Origin: an uncultured Planctomycetia bacterium
GTDB lineage: Bacteria > Omnitrophota > Gorgyraeia > Tantalellales > Tantalellaceae
Direction: 5' to 3'
Assembly: GCA_964409365.1 (NCBI GenBank)
Contig: CAYPCX010000001.1
Location: 64,684 to 128,683, forward strand
DNA: 64,000 nt
How positions within the stretch are numbered: the first letter of the stretch is position 1; every line of letters begins with the position of its first letter. This document shows positions 53,759 through 61,036 of the stretch, piece after piece. A model generated the notes under the pieces. It ran no database searches, was not told the origin of the DNA, and saw nothing but the letters and a program-made list of their open reading frames with translations. The position numbers and the translations under genes were made by a program.

Positions 53759-54964
53759 ATGGGAAGTTTAGCATGGCGGTTTGATGAAAGAGAATACAAT
53801 TATGTCAAAGAGGTGCTTGATTCCGGATTTGCCAGTGGAACTACCGGCAACATGAATTCTAGGCTGGAACAAGCTTTTTCGGAAAAGTTCAACCTTAACT
53901 ACGCGGTTACTTTTAATTCTGGAACGACTACGCTACATGCGGCTTTAGCGGCTTTAGGCGTTGGTTATGATGATGAAGTAATTATTCCGGCTTTAACCGT
54001 GGCAATGTGTATGAATGCTGTGCTTTATTGCAATGCCATTCCGGTTTTTGCTGACGTTGATCCTGACACTTTTTTGATAAACCCCGTTGATTTAAGAAGA
54101 AAGATCACTAAGAAAACCAAAGCAATTATGCCTGTACATCTTTATGGTCAGGTTTGCAATATGACCGAAATCATGGAAATTGCGAAGGAATTCAATTTAA
54201 AGGTTGTAGAAGATTGTGCCCAGTGCTACTTAGGTACGCATAAAGGGAAGATTGCTGGCACATTTGGAGATGTAGGCAGTTGGAGTTTTGAGAATTCAAA
54301 ACATTTAACTACAGGAGATGGCGGGATTATAGCCTGTAATGATGAAAAAACAGCGGAAAAAATAAGGAAATTAAGCACTTGCGGGTTTCGCAATGCTACC
54401 GCAAAAAGCGGCAAGGTTAGAATAGATAAAGATATATTTCAGAACCCAAAGTACAAACGACACGATACATTTGCTTTTATGTACAGGATGCCTGAAGTTG
54501 CTGCAGCTTTGGGGTTAGCGCAGCTTGAGAAAATAGATTGGTTTATCGAGAAAAGAAAAAAAATGGCTTCAGTGTATTCTGAGGTATTATCAGATTCCGG
54601 ATGTGATTGGATCAAACCCCAATTCGTGCCGGAAGGTGATGAGAATTCTTATTATACGTTTGGAGCGCGCTTCTTGCGTGAGGACATAAAATGGGAAGAT
54701 TTCAGAAAGAAGTATGTGCAGAACGGGGGTGACGGCATATACGCGGCGTGGGTGCTGACCTACCTGGAGGACTCTATAGACGATGTCAGGAGGGTTCTCG
54801 CATCTATCGGACTCTCCGGGAGGATAAATACGGAAGAAGGCCTCTGCCCCGTTGCCGAGAAGGTCCAGAAGCAACTCATGCAGTTCACTACGAACCAGAA
54901 GGACGAGATCGAGATGGAAAAGCAGGCCGAAGCTTTGAAGAAAACCGTAAAGTATTTTTCGTAA
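53759..54964 (+). CDS. DegT/DnrJ/EryC1/StrS-family sugar aminotransferase (LegC/PseC-like by context)
   Basis: AVTFNSGTTTLHAALAALGV and WSFENSKHLTTGDGG. GC content switches from low to high about 250 nt before the stop. Confidence 0.8.
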   Translation: MGSLAWRFDEREYNYVKEVLDSGFASGTTGNMNSRLEQAFSEKFNLNYAVTFNSGTTTLHAALAALGVGYDDEVIIPALTVAMCMNAVLYCNAIPVFADVDPDTFLINPVDLRRKITKKTKAIMPVHLYGQVCNMTEIMEIAKEFNLKVVEDCAQCYLGTHKGKIAGTFGDVGSWSFENSKHLTTGDGGIIACNDEKTAEKIRKLSTCGFRNATAKSGKVRIDKDIFQNPKYKRHDTFAFMYRMPEVAAALGLAQLEKIDWFIEKRKKMASVYSEVLSDSGCDWIKPQFVPEGDENSYYTFGARFLREDIKWEDFRKKYVQNGGDGIYAAWVLTYLEDSIDDVRRVLASIGLSGRINTEEGLCPVAEKVQKQLMQFTTNQKDEIEMEKQAEALKKTVKYFS

Positions 54965-54996
54965 AAAGGAGAGTGAAAATATCCAGATTCCATAAA

Positions 54997-55056
54997 ATGC
55001 TGGATTTTTCAGGTAAGACGGTGGTGGTCTCGGGCGGCCTTGGCCTGATGTGGTAA
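54997..55056 (+). pseudogene. 19-codon remnant resembling the N-terminus of a CapD/PseB/LegB-type NAD-dependent 4,6-dehydratase or SDR
   Basis: MLDFSGKTVVVSGGLGLMW* has the Rossmann GKTVxVxGGxG pattern and terminates after 19 aa. Confidence 0.35.
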
Positions 55057-55069
55057 ATCGGGAGTTGAT

Positions 55070-56485
55070 ATGAAAAAAGAAAAAGGCAGAGTTCTGTTCC
55101 TTTATCCCGTCACGGAGGGTGACGGGGGCATACCCAACGGGATGGCGCTGCTTTCCGGGACGTTAAAGCAGGCGGGTTTTGAGACCGCGTGCTTTGACAC
55201 CACTTTCCTATATTCTCCGCCGAAAACACATCTTTACCGGCAGAAGCACGGCGGTATCGACAAGGCGGAACATACGGGATTCTGGGGTGAATGGGATCCG
55301 GATATGCCGAAAAAAATACCCGGGTTGTTCTTGAAAAAAATAAAGGAGTTCAAACCCGACCTCATCGCCGTTTCTATTGTCGACGTTTCGTATGTTTACG
55401 CTGTTTCGCTGTTAAGCGAAGTGAAGAAAGAGGTAGATATACCGGTCGTTGCCGGCGGTGTGACCGTCTCTATGTGTCCGGACATGGTTCTCGGCAATGA
55501 CTGCATCGACGTTGTATGTATCGGAGAGGGAGAAGACCCTATGGTAGAATTGGCCCAGGCCATAGTTGCCGGCGATGATTACAGTAATATAAAGAACCTT
55601 TGGGTCAAAAAGGGACAGGATGTCATAAAAAACCCTCTCAGGCAATTGAAGAACATGGATACAATTGCCTTCCAGGACTGGTCAATATTCGATGAGAGGC
55701 ATTATTATAAGCCTTATTGCGGGACGTTTTACCGCACAGGTTTTTTTGAGCTTGCGAGAGGATGCCACTTTAACTGCTCGTTTTGCAGTACCGCGAGCTA
55801 CAGGAAATTATTCCACGGTAAGGGTAGTTTCGTGAGGACCCGGGATATCGATAAAGCTTTTGACGAGATTGAATTTGTCCGGGACGCGAATGATCTCCAG
55901 CTGATCTTTTTTATCGACGACAACTTCCTGGGCATGCCCCGCGACAGGTTCGAATATTTCTGCCAACAGTATAAAAAGAGGATAGATTTACCGTTCTATA
56001 TCCAGACAAGGAGCGAGGTTGTTACTGAGGAGTACGTAAAAAGACTGAAAGACATCAACATTTCCACTATCGGCATAGGCATAGAACACGGCGACGAGAA
56101 CCTGAGAAAAAAGATGAACCGCTATATGAGCAACGAAGATCTTGAGCGAGCTTTTGAGATCGTGCATAAATATGACATAAGATCGACCGCAAACATTATC
56201 ATAGGTATGCCTTACGAAGAAGAGTCTATGTTCAAAGAAACGATCAAGCTGCTCAAAAAGATCAAACCCAAGAGCATTTCGATAAATTACTTTCAGCCGT
56301 ATCGAGGCACCCTGATGAGGGAACAGGCGGTTAAATTGGGGTATTTGCCCGCTGATCATATCATAACCGATTCGAACGTGTGCATGGATATGCCTCTTTT
56401 TCCCAGGGAAAGGCAGGTCCATTTTTACGAGAACTTCTCAAAATATATTGATGGAGAACTTGAATTAAAGGATTTTCGACAATAA
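55070..56485 (+). CDS. B12-binding-domain radical SAM protein (class B radical SAM)
   Basis: N-terminal cobalamin-binding Rossmann-like domain (RVLFLYP...ALLSGTLKQAGFE) and radical SAM cluster ARGCHFNCSFCS (CxxxCxxC). 471 aa. Confidence 0.8.
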   Translation: MKKEKGRVLFLYPVTEGDGGIPNGMALLSGTLKQAGFETACFDTTFLYSPPKTHLYRQKHGGIDKAEHTGFWGEWDPDMPKKIPGLFLKKIKEFKPDLIAVSIVDVSYVYAVSLLSEVKKEVDIPVVAGGVTVSMCPDMVLGNDCIDVVCIGEGEDPMVELAQAIVAGDDYSNIKNLWVKKGQDVIKNPLRQLKNMDTIAFQDWSIFDERHYYKPYCGTFYRTGFFELARGCHFNCSFCSTASYRKLFHGKGSFVRTRDIDKAFDEIEFVRDANDLQLIFFIDDNFLGMPRDRFEYFCQQYKKRIDLPFYIQTRSEVVTEEYVKRLKDINISTIGIGIEHGDENLRKKMNRYMSNEDLERAFEIVHKYDIRSTANIIIGMPYEEESMFKETIKLLKKIKPKSISINYFQPYRGTLMREQAVKLGYLPADHIITDSNVCMDMPLFPRERQVHFYENFSKYIDGELELKDFRQ

Positions 56486-56500
56486 CAAGGACACAATAAA

Positions 56501-57604
56501 ATGTTTGACATTAATTTTTTCAAAGATTCTTATAAAATTAAGCAGAAGATAGTAAGCCGCATAGGGCAGATAACTGCTGAGGAAGTGTATACACAGTTCG
56601 AAAAACAACGCAACACAAGGCCATTTGTGTTTAACATTGAAACCACAAATGTTTGCAATATGCAATGTGTCATGTGTCCGAGACCAAAGCTTATGAATCG
56701 ATCAATTCAGCACATGAGTATGGAGCTTTTTGAAAAGGTTGTAAGACAAATAAAACCGCACACTAAAGATGATTTAATGAGTTTTTGGGAATTTGTCAGA
56801 GAAAAATATGGGGTTTCATCAGAACTAAAAGACGAAAACACTTTTTATTTTCACACTGTCGCCAAGTCTCTTACGCTTCACGGATTTGGTGAACCGTTGT
56901 TAGATCCTTACATGAACGAAAGGATTTTATTGTGTTCCGCACTAAATATCCCTACTTATTTTTCCTGTGTACCAGCGAATATCAATGTAGAAAAAGTCTG
57001 GGATATGATGAAAGCAGGGCTAGGTACAATAAAGTTCAGTATAGATTCCCTTGATGATTCAAAGCAAAAAGAAATACGGGGGGAGAATAATAATTTTACA
57101 GATTCTTATAGAAAAATATCTGAGTTGGCAAAGTTAAAGGCAGCAGACCCTTCAGTGAAGACGCAGATGATAGCTACCATGATTGCGCTATCTGATGCCG
57201 AAAAAGATAGGAAGACATATGTTGATTTCATGAAGCTATGGAAGGATAAACCAATTTTTGCGTATATAAAAAGCCAAGATAACCGGTGGTTTCACAAGGA
57301 AGATGAAGAACCGGAATGCAGATCTCACTACGAACAACAGTATTGTGAGTTTCCATGGATGTCTTTAACGGTTATGGTTGATGGTTCTGTAGCACCCTGC
57401 AGCCAGGATTATAATTGTGAAATATCCATGGGTAATGCTAATACCGAATCATTAGAAGACATCTGGAATAATGCTAAGTTTGACCAATTAAGAAAATGGC
57501 ATATTGCAGGCGGTTTTCCCGGAGATTATAAATGTTCTGAGCGATGTGATCTTAAATTGCTTTGCGACAGACTATCCTCTGTAAGTGATTTAAACAGAGT
57601 TTAA
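56501..57604 (+). CDS. radical SAM protein with a C-terminal SPASM/twitch cysteine-rich domain; low GC
   Basis: ETTNVCNMQCVMCP (CxxxCxxC), then C-terminal Cys (APCSQDYNCE...YKCSERCDLKLLC). Confidence 0.8.
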   Translation: MFDINFFKDSYKIKQKIVSRIGQITAEEVYTQFEKQRNTRPFVFNIETTNVCNMQCVMCPRPKLMNRSIQHMSMELFEKVVRQIKPHTKDDLMSFWEFVREKYGVSSELKDENTFYFHTVAKSLTLHGFGEPLLDPYMNERILLCSALNIPTYFSCVPANINVEKVWDMMKAGLGTIKFSIDSLDDSKQKEIRGENNNFTDSYRKISELAKLKAADPSVKTQMIATMIALSDAEKDRKTYVDFMKLWKDKPIFAYIKSQDNRWFHKEDEEPECRSHYEQQYCEFPWMSLTVMVDGSVAPCSQDYNCEISMGNANTESLEDIWNNAKFDQLRKWHIAGGFPGDYKCSERCDLKLLCDRLSSVSDLNRV

Positions 57605-57634
57605 ACATATTGCAGACATTAAGTAAGGATATGC

Positions 57635-59554
57635 ATGAGCGATGAATGCTTGATATTGATAGATGACATAAGGCCTACGGATGATGTCCTGGCGGACCTG
57701 AGGCGTATCCTTTCCGGGGAAAAGGGCAAGATCATAGCCTTGGGGGAGCCCGTATTGATGATGTTGCGCAACGTGTTCCCGGATTGCGTGAGCTATCATG
57801 ATTTCGAAAGGGAAGGGTCTTATGAAGGCGTGTACGACACGGCGGTAAAATGGGGGCGCCGGTGGTACAAATGCGACGGGAACGATCTTACGGAAGTGGA
57901 AGGATTATCCCTGGGCAGTACGGTGGAATGGTCCGTTATTAATCTTTTTTCTTCATTTTTACAAATGTACGTATCATTGGAGGATATCCTGAACCGTGTC
58001 GAGGCGTCCCGGGTAATTCTTGTAGGGCCCAAGGACAAGCCCCGGGACATCACGGAATGCGGCACTATAGGTATAACCACTGATCGTATCTTGAGATTTC
58101 TTTTATCCCGCGATGAATATAAAGGGATAGATCTGAAGATAATAGGCCTTGATTCCACCCAAAGATTTTTATCGATAAGAGATACCAGGCGGTCAGCCGT
58201 CAGAGCGCTGGCGGGCGGGATGAACAAGATCATCGGGGAGTTGCGCGCGAAGCTGGACCCCGCAAGAACGAAAAGACCCGGCATAGTGTTTTTCGAAGGG
58301 GCGCATCATTTTCGGCCTCTTTTCGTGTCCGGCGCTTTTCGGGACTATGACCTTATACATCTCCAGAAGACCATAGGGCTGTCTCTTGCTAAAGAATTAT
58401 ATTCCGCCGGCGTGCGAGTGGTCCCCCTCGACCGGATAAAACCAAAAAAGATAATGAACATGGATTCACGCGCCGGACTGGACCCCCTGGATAGAGCCCC
58501 TTCGGGCGCGTTCCATTTCAGGGGCAGGGACCTGCTGCCGTGTTTCAGGGAAGACCTGGAAGCGATATACAAAGGATTTTTGGCCAGGTCGGCCTGCTAT
58601 GACCTGTCGCTGGTATCATCGGCGCTCGAGGAGATATCGCCGGGTTGTGTCGTTACTGAAAACGATACTACATACTATGAAAGAATGATCGTGCTGGCCG
58701 CGAAACGCCTCGGGATACCGACTATAGTACTTCAGCACGGGAGCACTTTTTACGGGAAAGCCTGTAACGGGGACGGGCTCGCCTGTCATGCTTTTATACC
58801 TATAACGGCGGATAGATTTTTCGCTTACGGGGAGGCGACATGCGACTGGTTCCGCAATATGGGAGCGCCTGCGAACCGTGTGGTCGCTACCGGGTCGCCG
58901 AGATTCGACGTTTATTACCGGGAGAGGACCGCCGGAGAGCGCGCCGGGCGCAAAAAGGTCATGCTGGCATTAACGGATGTCTGGGTAAGGGGGACAGTGC
59001 CAAAATCCCATACTTCTTTGTGCGTATTTTTTGAGCAGATAAAAGTTTTCATGAAAGTGGCTTGCGGAATGAAAGACGTGGATTTCATTGTGCGGCCTCA
59101 GGATACCATGAACAGGTGGAAAGACCTTTTCCGGAGAGAGCTCGAGGATTGCCGTAACGTTACCATCTCCAAAAAGGGTTCCATGCAAGAGGTCTTAAAG
59201 GACATTGACGTGGTGGTGGGCCATACGACCACGGCCCTGATAGAGGCCGTCATATGCAAGATTCCCGTTATAAGCCTGGACATAGGAGAATTTACCGACG
59301 CGGTGCCTCTCTGGAAATACGGTTGTTCGGCGCGCGTGTCGTCTTATGAAGAATTGCGGGATATATTAGGGGAACTTCTTACGAACCCCGCGGTCCGGGA
59401 GGATCTCGTGGAAAAGGCTTATGCAAATATACAGATGTTCAATTACGGAAATGACGGTAAAGCCACCGAAAGGGTAGCCCGGGAGATAATAGAGACGGTA
59501 AAACGGGGTGTGCCGGTCGAAAAGAGTAAAGGGCGTGAGAGGATATATGCGTGA
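57635..59554 (+). CDS. large soluble protein with a GT-B-like C-terminal domain (TagF/capsule-synthesis-like); candidate glycosyl or glycerophosphate transferase
   Basis: C-terminal DIDVVVGHTTTALIEAVICKIPVISLD resembles the DFVISLTTSALQDIL block in the C-terminal domain of the 61033 gene. Family unresolved. Confidence 0.35.
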   Translation: MSDECLILIDDIRPTDDVLADLRRILSGEKGKIIALGEPVLMMLRNVFPDCVSYHDFEREGSYEGVYDTAVKWGRRWYKCDGNDLTEVEGLSLGSTVEWSVINLFSSFLQMYVSLEDILNRVEASRVILVGPKDKPRDITECGTIGITTDRILRFLLSRDEYKGIDLKIIGLDSTQRFLSIRDTRRSAVRALAGGMNKIIGELRAKLDPARTKRPGIVFFEGAHHFRPLFVSGAFRDYDLIHLQKTIGLSLAKELYSAGVRVVPLDRIKPKKIMNMDSRAGLDPLDRAPSGAFHFRGRDLLPCFREDLEAIYKGFLARSACYDLSLVSSALEEISPGCVVTENDTTYYERMIVLAAKRLGIPTIVLQHGSTFYGKACNGDGLACHAFIPITADRFFAYGEATCDWFRNMGAPANRVVATGSPRFDVYYRERTAGERAGRKKVMLALTDVWVRGTVPKSHTSLCVFFEQIKVFMKVACGMKDVDFIVRPQDTMNRWKDLFRRELEDCRNVTISKKGSMQEVLKDIDVVVGHTTTALIEAVICKIPVISLDIGEFTDAVPLWKYGCSARVSSYEELRDILGELLTNPAVREDLVEKAYANIQMFNYGNDGKATERVAREIIETVKRGVPVEKSKGRERIYA

Positions 59555-60296
59555 TCAAAGAGAACAGTTCTGGAAGACGAGAGCGAAGAATTACGAGCAG
59601 CTCGAATGGGCTATAAAAGGAGGCTATTTGCACGCTTTTCTTGACGCGGGTGAGTTCCGGCCTGATGACCACGTGCTCGATATCGGAACCGGCACGGGGA
59701 TCATCGCACACACCATATCCCCGCATGTGGACAAGGTGATAGGCGTAGATATCTCGGGAGATATGCTTTTACACGCTTTCGACCACAGGACCGACAACGA
59801 GGAGTTCATCAGGATGGACGCGACGTCCCTGAAGATCAAGGATAATACCTTTTCGAAGGTGACGGCGCGCATGGTGTTCCACCATATACTCGAGGATACG
59901 CAGAAGGCCATGGACGAATGTTACAGGGTCCTGAAGCCCGGCGGCAGGATGATATTTTCAGAGGGTGTGCCGCCGACGGACCATGTGAAGCCGTTCTATG
60001 TGGATATGTTCCGCCTCAAGGAGGAACGCCTGACGTTCATGGACGAGGACCTTGCGATGCTAATGAAGAATTCGGGATTCAGGAACGTACAGGAGAAGGT
60101 CTACTGGTCGAAAAAGTCCAGCATAAAGAACTGGCTGGACAATTCCGGACTCCATACTGATGCGAAGGACGAGATATTCAGGATGCACCTTGACCTCGAC
60201 GAGAAGGGCAAACGGGACTACAACATGGTCATCGAGGACGGGGACTGTTTTATAGATATGAAATTCGTGATACTGGTTGGAGAAAAACCCGCATGA
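59547..60296 (+). CDS. class I SAM-dependent methyltransferase
   Basis: VLDIGTGTGIIAH, MVFHHI and LKPGGRMIF. Start at the ATG at 59547, overlapping the upstream gene's end. Confidence 0.7.
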   Translation: MRDQREQFWKTRAKNYEQLEWAIKGGYLHAFLDAGEFRPDDHVLDIGTGTGIIAHTISPHVDKVIGVDISGDMLLHAFDHRTDNEEFIRMDATSLKIKDNTFSKVTARMVFHHILEDTQKAMDECYRVLKPGGRMIFSEGVPPTDHVKPFYVDMFRLKEERLTFMDEDLAMLMKNSGFRNVQEKVYWSKKSSIKNWLDNSGLHTDAKDEIFRMHLDLDEKGKRDYNMVIEDGDCFIDMKFVILVGEKPA

Positions 60297-61036
60297 ATAT
60301 GATCATGCTCAGGGAGAAATGCCAGTCCCCGCGAAAGGCCCAGGATACCTGGTGGGGGCTTAATTTCGCCAGGAGGATATCCATTTATATGACGGTATTT
60401 TTCGTGCGGACAGGCGTGCATGCGATGGGAGTGACCACGGTATTCCTGCTTTGCGGGATCGCCTCGGCCGCTTTTTTCGCGCTGGGCGGGCGGTTGAACT
60501 TTTTTATAGGCGCGCTTCTACTCCAGCTTTGGTATATTCTCGACCATGTCGACGGAGAGGTGGCCAGGTATTTCGAGGAGAGCTCCCTGACGGGAGTATA
60601 TTATGACGAGGTGGTGCATTATATAGTGCATCCGGCGGTGCTTTTCGGGATCGGCTTCGGTCTTTTAAGGACAACGGGAAGCCGGCTGCTGCTCCTTCTG
60701 GGAGCGGCCGCGGCCCTGGGAATAGTGCTCCTCAGCGTGATCATGGACCTTAAGAAAGTAGTGATATTGGAACACAGGGCTTCTTCCGGCACAGAAAAAG
60801 CACCGGAAGGCGACGGGACGGAACGGTCTTTCGCCGCCAGGGCATTCTCGGCAATACACCTGGCGTGTACTTTCCCGGCAATAATGAACGTTATAACGGT
60901 GTCGGTGATAATAGATCTTGTGTTCAGGTCCGTGACCGTGTGGTACGTGCTGGCGGTTTACGCCGCTCTTATAAACCTTGTGTGGATATCAAGGCTGTTC
61001 GTGTTCATCAAAGAGCGCAGGGTGGATAAAGGATGA
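60293..61036 (+). CDS. CDP-alcohol phosphatidyltransferase-family membrane protein
   Basis: DHVDGEVARYFEESSLTGVYYDEVVH approximates D-G-x2-A-R-x8-G-x3-D. Five to six TM helices. Confidence 0.5.
   Translation: MNMIMLREKCQSPRKAQDTWWGLNFARRISIYMTVFFVRTGVHAMGVTTVFLLCGIASAAFFALGGRLNFFIGALLLQLWYILDHVDGEVARYFEESSLTGVYYDEVVHYIVHPAVLFGIGFGLLRTTGSRLLLLLGAAAALGIVLLSVIMDLKKVVILEHRASSGTEKAPEGDGTERSFAARAFSAIHLACTFPAIMNVITVSVIIDLVFRSVTVWYVLAVYAALINLVWISRLFVFIKERRVDKG

Noticed and set aside
54748..55056. 102-aa ORF 54748..55056 overlapping the end of the DegT gene
   Set aside because: Most of it is an out-of-frame overlap with the aminotransferase. Only the last 19 codons, read from the internal ATG at 54997, are meaningful (the dehydratase remnant).
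55070..57604. RiPP (ribosomal peptide) maturation system with the 19-aa ORF as precursor
   Set aside because: The only small ORF nearby is 19 aa and looks like a Rossmann-fold N-terminus rather than a leader-core peptide. No transporter or protease genes accompany the radical SAM pair. The sugar-modification hypothesis fits the context better, though the RiPP alternative is not fully excluded.
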